Source: an uncultured Verrucomicrobiae bacterium
GTDB lineage: Bacteria; Verrucomicrobiota; Verrucomicrobiia; Limisphaerales; Palsa-1400
Length of the DNA: 64,000 bases
Assembly (NCBI GenBank): GCA_963764165.1
Contig: CAVXRD010000003.1
Span: forward strand, 96,001 to 160,000
Direction: 5' to 3'
In this document: one piece after another, positions 29,922 through 39,411 of the stretch
Layout of the letters: the number at the start of each line of letters is the position of its first letter
Position numbering within the stretch: position 1 is the stretch's first letter
Program-made: the position numbers and the translations under genes
The notes under the pieces: generated by a model
What the model saw: only the letters and a program-made list of their open reading frames with translations
Database searches by the model: none
What the model was told of the DNA's origin: nothing

Positions 29922-30201
29922 ATGAAATCCGCCTACGAACTCGCCATGGAGCGATTGAACAAAGCCGCGCCCGCCCAAAAAGTCTCGGACGACCAAAAGA
30001 AGCAGCTCGCCGAACTCGATTCCAAATACGCCGCCAAAATTGCCGAGCGCGAAATATTTCCTGAAAGACCAGCTCGTCGCCGCCGCCGGCAAGGGTGATT
30101 ACGAAGCGATGGCGCAGTTGGAAAAGCAATTGCTCAGCGAACGGAAATCGCTCACCGCGGAAATGGAGGAGAAAAAGGAAAAAATCCGCCAGGGTGCGTA
30201 A
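29922..30201 (+). CDS. small coiled-coil hypothetical protein, absent from the ORF track (1-nt frameshift near 30060)
   Basis: MKSAYELAMERLNK...AEREIF / LKDQLV...EKKEKIRQGA*. Confidence 0.75.
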
Positions 30202-31117
30202 CGCTGAATCAAGACTTGATGGTGGGGACGCCTCGCCGAGGCGTCCGGTTGCGCACGATTTACGCATCGACCCGGACGCCTCGGCGAGGCGTCCCTACCT
30301 TCGCCGCTTCGCTCCGAAATTCATTCTCGGCGTTTTTCTTGCGCTGAGCGCCGCAGTCATCGCTCGTGCCGAAGAAAAATCGCCCTGGTCGCGAATGGTC
30401 GTGATCGGCGCGAGCGTTTCCCATGGGTTTACCGTGAGCGAACCGCTTGCAGCCGGGCCGATTACCACGGAATTGTCGCTTGATCGTTATCTGAACGCCG
30501 CGCTGCTTGCGCCGCACGATCCGCCCGTCAATTTGGCCAACGCGATGTTCTTCATGATGCCGGACGACATCGCGCATACGCAGGTTCGCAACGCGCTGAC
30601 CAACAATCCCACGCTGGTTGTCGGCATCGATTTTCTATTTTGGTTTTGCTATGGCCATGGCGCAACAGACGAAGATCGAATCACTCATTTCGAGAAGGGA
30701 TTGAATTTGCTGGAGTCGTTTCAATGTCCGGTCATGGTCGGAGACATTCCTGATGCGGCCGCGGCGGTGGGCCGCATGCTCAACCCGCGTGAAGTTGCCG
30801 GCCCGAAAGCCCGCGCCGCCGCCAATCGCAGGCTGGCCGAATGGGCCGCATTGCACAAAAATGTGACGGTGGTGCCAGTCTCCGAATTTATGAGGAAGCT
30901 CGCGGCGAACGAATCAATCCAACTGCACGGGCGCATTCTGCCCGCGGGCACAACCCATGCGTTGATGCAGGAGGATCGGCTGCACACCAACCAGCGCGGG
31001 TGCGCCGCCCTCGCCGTCTCCATATTTGACGAATTTATCGAGGCCCAATATCCGCGGCATTTCGCGGACATTTTGACAGACCCGGCGGAAGTATTAGAGC
31101 GGGTGCGGAAGCATTAA
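30194..31117 (+). CDS. exported SGNH/GDSL-like hydrolase with a REP doublet in its N-terminus
   Basis: VIGASVSHG block I, DRLH; GTG 30194 overlaps the upstream stop. Confidence 0.7.
   Translation: MRNAESRLDGGDASPRRPVAHDLRIDPDASARRPYLRRFAPKFILGVFLALSAAVIARAEEKSPWSRMVVIGASVSHGFTVSEPLAAGPITTELSLDRYLNAALLAPHDPPVNLANAMFFMMPDDIAHTQVRNALTNNPTLVVGIDFLFWFCYGHGATDEDRITHFEKGLNLLESFQCPVMVGDIPDAAAAVGRMLNPREVAGPKARAAANRRLAEWAALHKNVTVVPVSEFMRKLAANESIQLHGRILPAGTTHALMQEDRLHTNQRGCAALAVSIFDEFIEAQYPRHFADILTDPAEVLERVRKH
30221..30299. repeat. REP doublet (GTAG-type, GGGACGCCTCGCCGAGGCGTCC)
   Basis: two inverted REP units with a short spacer. Confidence 0.9.
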
Positions 31118-31118
31118 C

Positions 31119-32087
31119 CTAGTCGACCCTGCACAGCCATCCCAGCGCCGCCCACGAGCGAAACCACTCCTGGATTTTTGCGCCGAGAGCGGCAGGATCG
31201 CCTTCCACCGCCCCTAATTGCTGGCAGGCGCCGGCCACGGTCGATTTTGAGCGGAATGCGGACAGGACGGTGAAGGCGCCTTGCTCGAGACGCTTGTAAT
31301 AAACCGTGTCGTTGTGCCGGTGAACGGCGAGAAAAATTTTGCCGGCCTTCAATTTATTTTTCAGCCGCCGCGAAGTTGACCCGGGTCGCGAGGCCATGGC
31401 GTTGCTGGCTTCATCGCGCAAGCGGTCGGCCTGCTTGAGTTGCACCAGAAATTCGTCCACCGGATATGTCAAATCGAGCAGGCTCAAGTGAGGCTGCAAT
31501 TGCAATTGCGTACGCTCGGGATTGATTTCCAACAGCGAATCCGTCGTCATCATCGGCTTGGCCTCGTTGTCGAAAGCTTCCACTTGCGCCCATTCGAGCC
31601 TCACCATGTCCAGCGCGAGCGCTTTGTGAGAGGCGATCCATTTTGGCTCGTCGCGGAGAAATTTCAAAAGGCGGCCGCCAAGATTTCGCAAGCTGTAAGA
31701 TGCAGACGGATACTTGGTCAAATAAGCCTCGGCCAGCGCTGCAAAGGCAGTATCGCCGAGCACCGCGCGCAATCCGGGATAATCGTCGTAAAAACAATCG
31801 CGCAGGCGAAACCAATATTGCCGATTGTAAATCTCCAACCGCTCGAACGCCGTCAGCCGGTCGTTGGGCTTGATGAAACTGGCGGCGACTTTCGCCATCG
31901 CCTTGCCGTCGTGCCAGCGTTTTTGCATTTCGTCGCCTGCGGTGAGAGGGCGCATCACGGCGCTCGCCATCAGCCGCTGCAATTCCAGGAATTCCTGGCG
32001 CGTTTGCAATTTATGCAATGATTTTTTTGGCTTCGACGTTTTCAATAAATTGCTTTGCCTTGAGCGCCTCGTTGTGAACTTCGTCAA
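31119..32087 (-). CDS. DUF2063 (HvfC/BufC-like) RiPP partner protein
   Basis: RLEIYNRQYWFRL..CF.DDYPGLRAVLG, Y..KYPS.S..L..LG, D...LEWA; downstream of DUF692; start uncertain. Confidence 0.85.
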   Translation of the reverse strand: MTKFTTRRSRQSNLLKTSKPKKSLHKLQTRQEFLELQRLMASAVMRPLTAGDEMQKRWHDGKAMAKVAASFIKPNDRLTAFERLEIYNRQYWFRLRDCFYDDYPGLRAVLGDTAFAALAEAYLTKYPSASYSLRNLGGRLLKFLRDEPKWIASHKALALDMVRLEWAQVEAFDNEAKPMMTTDSLLEINPERTQLQLQPHLSLLDLTYPVDEFLVQLKQADRLRDEASNAMASRPGSTSRRLKNKLKAGKIFLAVHRHNDTVYYKRLEQGAFTVLSAFRSKSTVAGACQQLGAVEGDPAALGAKIQEWFRSWAALGWLCRVD

Positions 32088-32865
32088 AGGACGGAATGCT
32101 CGCGTCCCATTCCAGCAGCGTCGCGGTCGGCCCGGTGAGCCTGATGGCGTGCTCGTAAAGTTTCCACACCGGGTCGATCACGGGATGATCGTGCGTGTCG
32201 AGAATGTATTTGCGGTATTTGGTGTGGCCGGCGATGTGAAATTGGGCGACGCGGTGGATGGGGACGTTGTTGATGTAGTCCGCCGGGTTGAAATTGTGAT
32301 TGCGCGAGGAGACGTAGATATTATTGACGTCCAGCAGAATGCCGCAATCGGCCCGCTCGACCACTTCGCTCAGGAATTCCCACTCGGTCATTTCCGAAAC
32401 GTGAAATTCCGCGTAGCTGCTGACGTTTTCCACCGCGATGGGAATTTCCAGAAAATCGCGCGCCTGCCGGATTTTTGCCGCCGTCACTTTTGCCGCCGCA
32501 AACGTGTAAGGCATCGGAAGCAAATCATGCGTGTAGCGGCCATCCACGCTGCCCCAGCAAAGATGATCTGAAAGCCACGGCGTATTGGTGCGCTTGACAA
32601 GCCGTTTGAGCTTTTTCAAATGCTCGCGATTCAGCGGCTCCGCCGAGCCAAAATAAGTCGAGACGCCGTGCTGGACGACACGGTATTGCTCGAGGATTTG
32701 ATCGAGCACCTTGAGCGGGCGCCCGCCATCGCACATGAAATTTTCGGAAATGATTTCGAACCAATCGCACGTGGGCTTCTGCGTGAGAATGTGATGGTAA
32801 TGGGGGACGCGGAGTCCGATGCCGATGCCGTAATCGGTAAAGCCGTTGAAGGGATTGGCGGGCAT
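32011..32865 (-). CDS. DUF692 multinuclear non-heme iron oxidative enzyme (MNIO)
   Basis: GIGLRVPH, WFEIISENF, HGVS, SDHLCW, ENVSSY, LLDVNNIYV, HIAGH, DTHD, LLEWD. Confidence 0.95.
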   Translation of the reverse strand: MPANPFNGFTDYGIGIGLRVPHYHHILTQKPTCDWFEIISENFMCDGGRPLKVLDQILEQYRVVQHGVSTYFGSAEPLNREHLKKLKRLVKRTNTPWLSDHLCWGSVDGRYTHDLLPMPYTFAAAKVTAAKIRQARDFLEIPIAVENVSSYAEFHVSEMTEWEFLSEVVERADCGILLDVNNIYVSSRNHNFNPADYINNVPIHRVAQFHIAGHTKYRKYILDTHDHPVIDPVWKLYEHAIRLTGPTATLLEWDASIPSFDEVHNEALKAKQFIENVEAKKIIA

Positions 32866-32889
32866 AAGTGGAGCCGGGTGTCAATGGAG

Positions 32890-32956
32890 GCGGGGCGAAA
32901 ATGAATCCGCCCCGCGCTCCGAAAGTGGTTGGGAAGAAAGCCGGAAGGCTTTCTTC
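32890..32956 (-). terminator. two stem-loops between precursor and MNIO genes
   Basis: gcggggcg-N10-cgccccgc (32890-32915); gaagaaagcc-ggaa-ggctttcttc (32933-32956). Confidence 0.55.
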
Positions 32957-32972
32957 GCGAGTCACTGAAGCA

Positions 32973-33221
32973 TCAAGCCGCTTTGCAGCCGCCTTTGCCT
33001 TTGCAACTATTCTTGCCTTTGCAGCCCATATCGCCCGAGTTGCAGCCGCCTTTGCCTTTGCAGCTATTCTGGCCTTTGCAATCGTGTTTGTCGGAGGCTG
33101 TGGAGGAGGAATTCATGCCCGATGAATCGCTGGAGGATTTGCAGCCCGTGTTGACGATGGTGCCCGCGAGTAATCCGGTCATGGCAGCCGTGATGGCCAA
33201 TGTTCTTGCTGTTTTCGACAT
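32973..33221 (-). CDS. bufferin (BufA2)-type Cys-rich RiPP precursor
   Basis: signal peptide, Ser-rich linker, two CKG(Q/K)NSCKGKGGC repeats, directly upstream of DUF692. Confidence 0.88.
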   Translation of the reverse strand: MSKTARTLAITAAMTGLLAGTIVNTGCKSSSDSSGMNSSSTASDKHDCKGQNSCKGKGGCNSGDMGCKGKNSCKGKGGCKAA

Positions 33222-33397
33222 AATTTTGCTTTCTCAAAACGCTGTACAATGCATTTTCCCGGCTCCTCCAAAAGCGCCGCCTGCCAAGCGCAACGCCGCA
33301 AGGCACAGCGATACAACCGCAATTGGAAAGGGCCAGACGACTTGACTGTAGCCCACTGTAAACGAATTGCAAGGGGGCCGCGGATTTTTGGGAGGTG

Positions 33398-33541
33398 GGC
33401 CACAGATTGACACAGATCAACACAGATTTTCTGAAGAGACATTCCTCGCCACGCGTCGACGAGGCGCGACACGGCGGGCTCATTTGATTCGATTGCCGCC
33501 GCTCAATTCTTATCTGCGTTGACCTGTGTCAATCTGTCGCC
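33398..33541. repeat. CACAGAT triple repeat plus degenerate inverted partner
   Basis: ggccacagattgacacagatcaacacagat (33398) ... atctgcgttgacctgtgtcaatctgtcgcc (33512-33541). Confidence 0.8.
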
Positions 33542-33652
33542 AATTCTTGTGTTTCAACCGGCCCGGCGTCTGTTGCAAGAAACATTGCCATTCGGCTTCT
33601 GTGGTTGTAAGCTCACCCCCTTATTTAACGAAAAATAGGATAATACAATTTT

Positions 33653-33808
33653 ATGTCACAACATCGAAGTCTGCGCGCGGCGAGCAACCTGGGAGCCAAA
33701 CGCAATGTCATGAAACGTTTTGAACGGGTCGCCATTCTCAAAAAGCGCGGCCAGTGGAAAACCGGCGATCGCGTCACCGGCCTGCGCAAAACCAAGCCGG
33801 ATGCATAA
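33653..33808 (+). CDS. PVC small basic protein (51 aa, below the ORF-track cutoff)
   Basis: MSQHRSLR...KRNVMKRFERVAILKKRGQWK.GDRV.GLRKTK. Confidence 0.88.
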   Translation: MSQHRSLRAASNLGAKRNVMKRFERVAILKKRGQWKTGDRVTGLRKTKPDA

Positions 33809-33817
33809 AGGCGGCCT

Positions 33818-34528
33818 GTGGTCCGCTTGCAAAAGTTCCTGGCTGAGGCCGGTGTTGCTTCCCGGCGCGCCAGCGAACAGTTCATTTCCGCCGGCCGCGT
33901 CACCGTCAATGGCGAAATCACGTCCGAGCTCGGCGTCAAAGTCGATCCCGTTCACGATCACGTCACTGTGGATGGCAAGCCCGTCCGCCTCAAACGCAAA
34001 CTCTATATTGCGCTGAACAAACCGCCCGGCTATGTCTGCACGCGCTCGGACGCGGCGGCGCGCGACAAGATTGGCGATTTGCTGCCAAAGGAATGGACGG
34101 AATTGTTCTCGGTCGGCCGCCTGGATTGCCAGAGCGAGGGGCTGATTTTTTTGACGAATGACGGCGATTTCTGTTTGAAACTGACGCATCCGCGCTATCG
34201 TATTCCGCGTGTTTATCTGGCGCGGGTGGAAGGCCGCGTTACTCCGGAAATGCTCCGTGAATTTACGGCCGGCGTTTGGAGCGAGGGAGAGAAATTGAAG
34301 GCCCAGCGCGCCCGCCTCCTCTCGGCCAACAACTCCAACAGCATCGTGGAACTTGAATTAACCGAAGGCAAGAACCGGGAAGTGCGGCGAATGCTCGCTT
34401 CCAAGGCCTTGACCGTCGTCCGCCTTCAGCGCGTGCAAATCGGCCCGATCAAACTGGGCGAATTGCCCGCGGGCCGCTGGCGGGCATTGACAGAAACTGA
34501 GATAAAATCTCTACTTGGAAAAGTATGA
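33818..34528 (+). CDS. RsuA/RluB family pseudouridine synthase
   Basis: S4 domain RLQKFLAEAGVASRR, VGRLD, EGKNREVRRM. Confidence 0.93.
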   Translation: MVRLQKFLAEAGVASRRASEQFISAGRVTVNGEITSELGVKVDPVHDHVTVDGKPVRLKRKLYIALNKPPGYVCTRSDAAARDKIGDLLPKEWTELFSVGRLDCQSEGLIFLTNDGDFCLKLTHPRYRIPRVYLARVEGRVTPEMLREFTAGVWSEGEKLKAQRARLLSANNSNSIVELELTEGKNREVRRMLASKALTVVRLQRVQIGPIKLGELPAGRWRALTETEIKSLLGKV

Positions 34529-35655
34529 AACTGAATTTTTGGATCGCTGCGGCCATGACGCCGCTGACTTCGGTCATGGTCCTCGCACAACAACCAACGT
34601 CCGCCCCCGCAACTGGCGCTCCCGCGCCCGCCGCTGAGTCAACCCCCGCCACGCCAAGCGCGCCGACGATAAAATCCTCGCTGTTCAAGAACCGCGCGAT
34701 TTTGAATCCGCCGGCGGTCGCCGCTGTAAAAAACGCGAATCTGAATGTGCGCGGCCAGCCGTCGTTCATTGGCGAAACGCTCGGGCATCTGAAAAAAGGC
34801 GATACTGTCACCGTTACGGAGCAAATCACCTTGCGCCATCCCGCCAAGGATGAACCGGTGGAATGGGACCAGATTTTATTGCCCGCCGGCATTCCCGTAT
34901 GGGTTGACGGAATGTACGTGGACACGGCTGCCGGCACGATCAAAGCGCGCCGGGTGAATTTGCGCGGTGGTCCCGGGGAAAATTTCAGCACATTGGGCCG
35001 TCTTGAAAAAGGCGCCGCCGTCAAAGTGCTCAAAAGCGAAAAAGGCTGGGTGGCGATTGAAGCGCCGTCCAATACAGTCGCCTACGTTGCCGCAGGCTAT
35101 CTCGAATTTCAACCAGCCGTAGCTGCGACGCCCACGACTCCGGCACCGCCTGCGGAAACGCCCGCCGCGACACCCGCGGCTCCGGTCGCGACCGTGCCGA
35201 TCCCAACGCCCGCACCCGCGCCAACGGCTACTGCTCCCCAAAATCAGGCAGCAGCGACTCCCACCGCGCCAGCCCCGACTCCAGTTGAACCAGCCGCCCA
35301 AAAAGCGCCGGACGAAAAGACTCCTGATGCCGTTCCCCGCACCCCGGCCACCGAGCCAGCTCCCGCTGCCGCTGGCACGAGCGCGCCCAGCGCGCCGCCC
35401 CTCGACACCTCCGCCGCCCGTGTGATCACGCGCGAAGGCTTTGTGAAACGCGTTTACAGCCTGCAGGCGCCGGCGTCTTTCCAACTGACGGATATCCAGT
35501 CCGGCACAACCATCGACTTTCTGCAACCGGCGAAGGGAATGAATTTCAAGGTCTACGTCGGCACGCGCGTCTCGGTCACCGGAACCGAATTCATGGACGA
35601 ACACTATCCGCGGACGCCGGTGCTGAACGTCCAGACAGTGGAATTGATTCCATAA
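34525..35655 (+). CDS. exported SH3-domain protein with Pro/Thr/Ala-rich linker
   Basis: NLNVRGQPS, VNLRGGPGENF bacterial SH3 motifs. Confidence 0.8.
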   Translation: MKLNFWIAAAMTPLTSVMVLAQQPTSAPATGAPAPAAESTPATPSAPTIKSSLFKNRAILNPPAVAAVKNANLNVRGQPSFIGETLGHLKKGDTVTVTEQITLRHPAKDEPVEWDQILLPAGIPVWVDGMYVDTAAGTIKARRVNLRGGPGENFSTLGRLEKGAAVKVLKSEKGWVAIEAPSNTVAYVAAGYLEFQPAVAATPTTPAPPAETPAATPAAPVATVPIPTPAPAPTATAPQNQAAATPTAPAPTPVEPAAQKAPDEKTPDAVPRTPATEPAPAAAGTSAPSAPPLDTSAARVITREGFVKRVYSLQAPASFQLTDIQSGTTIDFLQPAKGMNFKVYVGTRVSVTGTEFMDEHYPRTPVLNVQTVELIP

Positions 35656-36566
35656 TGCCAAGCGCCACGCTCATCGATGGCCGCGCCATCGCCGGCACGA
35701 TTCACGATGAAACTGCCCGGCGGGCGGCGCAATTGAAGGCGCGCGGCGTCGAGCCGTGCCTGGTCTTTATTCGCGTGGGCGAAGACCCAGCTTCCCGCGA
35801 TTATGTGGGAATGAAGGAAAAAATGTGCGCGAAGCTCGGATTCCCTTCACGAACGCACGTGCTTCCCGCCACCACGACGGAACAGGAATTGATCGGCTGG
35901 CTGGATCGGTTGAATGCGGAACCAGCCGTCCACGGAATTCTGGTTCAGGTTCCGCTGCCGAAGCACATTTCAGAGGCCAGAATTTCCAGCGCCGTGAGTC
36001 CCGATAAAGACGTCGACGGTTTCCATCCGTTTAACGTGGGCAAATTGCTGCTCGGAGATCGAACTGGATTTCATTCCTGCACGCCCGCCGGCGTCCACGA
36101 ATTGCTGATCCGTTCCGGGGTCACGATTGATGGCGCTGAAGTTGTCATCCTGGGGCGGGGGAATCTCGTGGGAAAACCGCTCGCGGCCATTCTTTTGCAG
36201 AAGGCGAAGAACGCGGGCGCGACCGTTACCATTTGCCACTCCCAGACACGCAACATTGCCTCTCACTGCCGGAGGGCCGACATTTTAGTCGCGGCTATGG
36301 GTTCGCCGGAATTTGTGAAGGCGAACATGGTCAAGCCGGGGGCGGTGGTGATCGATGTTGGTGTCAATAGAATTTCGGATCCCGGCTCCAAGCGCGGCGC
36401 GCGTTTGGTGGGGGACGTAGACTTTGCCGGGGTCCGGGAAGTGGCCGGAAAAATCACTCCCAATCCTGGCGGCGTTGGCCCGATGACCATCGCCATGCTC
36501 ATGCAGAACACAGTTCGCGCCGCCGAGCGCGCCGCCGGCATTTACACGAAACCTGATCCAGTTTGA
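35655..36566 (+). CDS. folD: methylenetetrahydrofolate dehydrogenase/cyclohydrolase
   Basis: VGEDPAS..YV, KDVDGFH, CTPAG, IDVG, TPNPGGVGPMT. Confidence 0.97.
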   Translation: MPSATLIDGRAIAGTIHDETARRAAQLKARGVEPCLVFIRVGEDPASRDYVGMKEKMCAKLGFPSRTHVLPATTTEQELIGWLDRLNAEPAVHGILVQVPLPKHISEARISSAVSPDKDVDGFHPFNVGKLLLGDRTGFHSCTPAGVHELLIRSGVTIDGAEVVILGRGNLVGKPLAAILLQKAKNAGATVTICHSQTRNIASHCRRADILVAAMGSPEFVKANMVKPGAVVIDVGVNRISDPGSKRGARLVGDVDFAGVREVAGKITPNPGGVGPMTIAMLMQNTVRAAERAAGIYTKPDPV

Positions 36567-36569
36567 TTT

Positions 36570-37013
36570 ATGATGAATCCGTCAAGAATATTACCCGACC
36601 TGCAATGCTCGCTGCTGTGCGAGGATGTCCGGCAGGAAGTCACCGGCAATTTCATATTGCTCGGCGTCGTCAATTTTTTGCGCGTGCCGCAATTGCCGGT
36701 CGCCGTGTTCAAGCTGTTTTTGTTCAATCGCTGGACGGCCGGCATTGGCGAATTCCGCGAAACGTCGCGCCTGATTGCCCCGGACCAGACGACCGTGCTG
36801 CGTTCCGTCGAGGCGAAGTTCGCCTTGCAGGACCCATCGCACAACGTCACCAACGTTTCCTTCTGGGGCCAGATCAAATTGGAAATCGCCGGCACCTATC
36901 ACTATGAAGTGCTGGTGGATGACGTAATGAAGATGCGCTTTCCGCTCGTCCTGACCGTGGCGCCGCAGGAACAGCCGCCAGGCGCCGGGGCCGGCCCCAA
37001 AAAGACTCCATGA
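36570..37013 (+). CDS. hypothetical protein (DUF6941-like)
   Basis: LLCEDVRQE..G...L.G, G.Y..EVLVDD. Confidence 0.6.
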   Translation: MMNPSRILPDLQCSLLCEDVRQEVTGNFILLGVVNFLRVPQLPVAVFKLFLFNRWTAGIGEFRETSRLIAPDQTTVLRSVEAKFALQDPSHNVTNVSFWGQIKLEIAGTYHYEVLVDDVMKMRFPLVLTVAPQEQPPGAGAGPKKTP

Positions 37014-37858
37014 ACGCGGACGCCGCGGGCGGCGAGGGCGCGAAGGCGAAAGAGAACGCCGACGCGCCCCTGCCAGCCTGGCAGCCATTTACATTTGGCG
37101 GCGTGGCCGCCTTTGCCGACGCGCGCTTTGGGCGCGTGTTTGCATTTCTGTTGGTGTCGGCGGTCATCGTGGCGCTGGCGGTGCTCTGGTTCCTGCGCGG
37201 GTTTTACGCTCCTGTTCTCCTGCAAGCCATGCAAAAAATGCCGGAAACGGCCTGCATCACCAACGGCGTGCTCGAAGGAGTTGCAGAGCCCGTCATATCC
37301 GAATCAAAATTGCTCGCGCTCGCCGCCACGCCGAAATCCAGCGAACAAATCGGGCAGGGGGCGGATTTGCAAATTCAATTCCGTCTCAACGACGTCTGCG
37401 CCAATTCCAGCATATGGCCGAATCGCGGACTCGTATTCGAATATGAACCCGGCGGTTATTTAAATTTGGCGCGATCCAATCTGGAGCCGTGGTGGGGCGC
37501 GTGGCAACCGGTGGTGTATACCGGAATCGGCGTGGGGGTTTTCCTTCAGATGATGATCACCTGGATTCTGCTTGGAACAATTTACATGATTCCTGCCAAG
37601 TTCATCGGTTTTTACATGGATCGCGATTTGACCTTCGGCGGCGCGTGGAGGCTCTCGACGATCAGCCTGCTTCCCGGCGCAATGATGATGGTGGGATCGA
37701 TTGTGCTTTACGCATGGGGAGTGCTGGATTTGGTGGGGCTATCTTTTTTCACCGCGCTTCATTTCGTGGTGGGATGGGTTTATTTCATCGGAGGAGTCTG
37801 GAAGCGAAAACGAATTTTTCCGAAGGCGAAAGGCAATCCGTTCAAAACTGGGAAATAA
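37010..37858 (+). CDS. hypothetical membrane protein
   Basis: several TMs; overlaps the upstream stop. Confidence 0.7.
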   Translation: MNADAAGGEGAKAKENADAPLPAWQPFTFGGVAAFADARFGRVFAFLLVSAVIVALAVLWFLRGFYAPVLLQAMQKMPETACITNGVLEGVAEPVISESKLLALAATPKSSEQIGQGADLQIQFRLNDVCANSSIWPNRGLVFEYEPGGYLNLARSNLEPWWGAWQPVVYTGIGVGVFLQMMITWILLGTIYMIPAKFIGFYMDRDLTFGGAWRLSTISLLPGAMMMVGSIVLYAWGVLDLVGLSFFTALHFVVGWVYFIGGVWKRKRIFPKAKGNPFKTGK

Positions 37859-38018
37859 TTTAATCAGGAACGACCGAACGCAGGAAAGGAGACCCAAGGC
37901 GGTGTCAAGCGGATTTCAGTTTCATAAGTCCCATCATTCGCAACCATATCCGTCGGGCAATTCATCAAGGAAAATTTACGGGAGCCTCTTTTCCTGAGTT
38001 CGGTCGTTCCAGATTAAA
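37859..38018. repeat. inverted pair of CAGGAA-type repeats (about 33-bp arms)
   Basis: tttaatcaggaacgaccgaacgcaggaaaggag ... ctcttttcctgagttcggtcgttccagattaaa. Confidence 0.8.
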
Positions 38019-38158
38019 CCTTCCCCGTCAGGATGGTCTTAACGTTTTTTTAACTAGACTAATTGACTGGGTTTTGTTCCGATAGCCCGCGCTATCTGCA
38101 AGGCGCTTGAAACCTGCAACGGCTATTTGCAGTAGAAAAAAACGAACAAACAAAGCAC

Positions 38159-39178
38159 ATGGCTAAATATAAATTGGAATACATCTGGCTCGACGGTTAT
38201 ACCCCCGTCGCTAACCTCCGCAGCAAGACCCTGGTCAAAGATTTTGACAGCTTCCCGACCCTGGACAAACTCCCCAACTGGGGCTTCGACGGCAGCTCGA
38301 CCCGCCAGGCCGAGGGCCACAGCTCGGATTGCGTCCTCAAACCCGTCGCGTGCTATCCCGATCCGACCCGCGAAAATGGCGTGCTCGTTTTGAGCGAAGT
38401 TTATCTGACAGATGGCACTCCGCATCCGAGTAATTCCCGCGCCAGCATCCTGGATGATCCGGATACCTGGTTCGGTTTCGAGCAGGAGTATTTTCTTTTC
38501 AAAGAGGGCCTGCCGCTGGGCTTCCCGAAAGCCGGCTACCCGTATCCCCAGGGCAAATATTACACCGGCGTTGGTTACGACGCCGTTGGCGATATCGCCC
38601 GTGAAATCGTCGACAAGCACCTCGACCTTTGCCTCGCCTGCGGCATCAATCACGAAGGCATCAACGCGGAAGTCGCGAAGGGCCAATGGGAATTCCAAAT
38701 TTTCGGCAAAGGCTCCAAGACCGCCGCCGACCAAGTCTGGATGGCCCGCTACCTCCTCATGCGCCTGTGCGAAAAATACCAGGTCACCGTGGTCTGGCAC
38801 TGCAAACCCCTCGGCGTCGATGTCGATTGGAACGGCTCCGGCATGCACACGAACTTCTCGACGAAGTTCATGCGCGAGGTCGGCGGCAAGGAATACTTTG
38901 AAGCGCTCATGGCGGCGTTCGACAAATACAAAAACGAGCACATCGCCGTTTACGGCCCGGACAATCATCTGCGCTTGACCGGATTGCACGAAACGCAATC
39001 GATCGACAAATTCAACTACGGGGTGGCCAACCGCGGCGCATCCGTCCGCGTGCCGGTCAGCTTCCCGAAGAATGGCTACAAAGGCTATTTGGAAGACCGC
39101 CGCCCGAATTCCGCCGGCGACCCCTACAAAATCGCCAGCCGCATTTTGCAGACCATCGCGACCGTGCCGCAGAAGTAA
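38159..39178 (+). CDS. glnII: glutamine synthetase type II
   Basis: LEYIWLDG, WGFDGSST, GINAEV..GQWEFQ, DWNGSGMH, RLTGLHET, YLEDRRP; 339 aa. Confidence 0.93.
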   Translation: MAKYKLEYIWLDGYTPVANLRSKTLVKDFDSFPTLDKLPNWGFDGSSTRQAEGHSSDCVLKPVACYPDPTRENGVLVLSEVYLTDGTPHPSNSRASILDDPDTWFGFEQEYFLFKEGLPLGFPKAGYPYPQGKYYTGVGYDAVGDIAREIVDKHLDLCLACGINHEGINAEVAKGQWEFQIFGKGSKTAADQVWMARYLLMRLCEKYQVTVVWHCKPLGVDVDWNGSGMHTNFSTKFMREVGGKEYFEALMAAFDKYKNEHIAVYGPDNHLRLTGLHETQSIDKFNYGVANRGASVRVPVSFPKNGYKGYLEDRRPNSAGDPYKIASRILQTIATVPQK

Positions 39179-39236
39179 TCGCACGGGCGTCCTTTTGACG
39201 GCGGTGGTGGCGCAAGCCGCCAACGCCGCATTCGTA

Positions 39237-39334
39237 GGTAGGGACGCCTCGCCGAGGCGTCCGGGGACATTCGCGAGTCCGAACGCGTTCGAAAAACCCC
39301 ACGGCCCCGGACGCCTCGGCGAGGCGTCCCTACC
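39237..39334. repeat. REPIN (REP doublet with conserved spacer)
   Basis: ggtagggacgcctcgccgaggcgtcc...ggacgcctcggcgaggcgtccctacc; reverse-complement homolog at 56437-56534. Confidence 0.92.
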
Positions 39335-39411
39335 TTGCCTGCCTTTGCCACCGGCATCAAATAACTGCTGACATCCCATCGCGCTGTCTTTAAGTTTCCC
39401 GTCGCGCGAAT

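Noticed and set aside
38159..39178. Eukaryote-like GSII as recent horizontal transfer
   Set aside because: GSII is established in several bacterial phyla, and codon usage here looks native.
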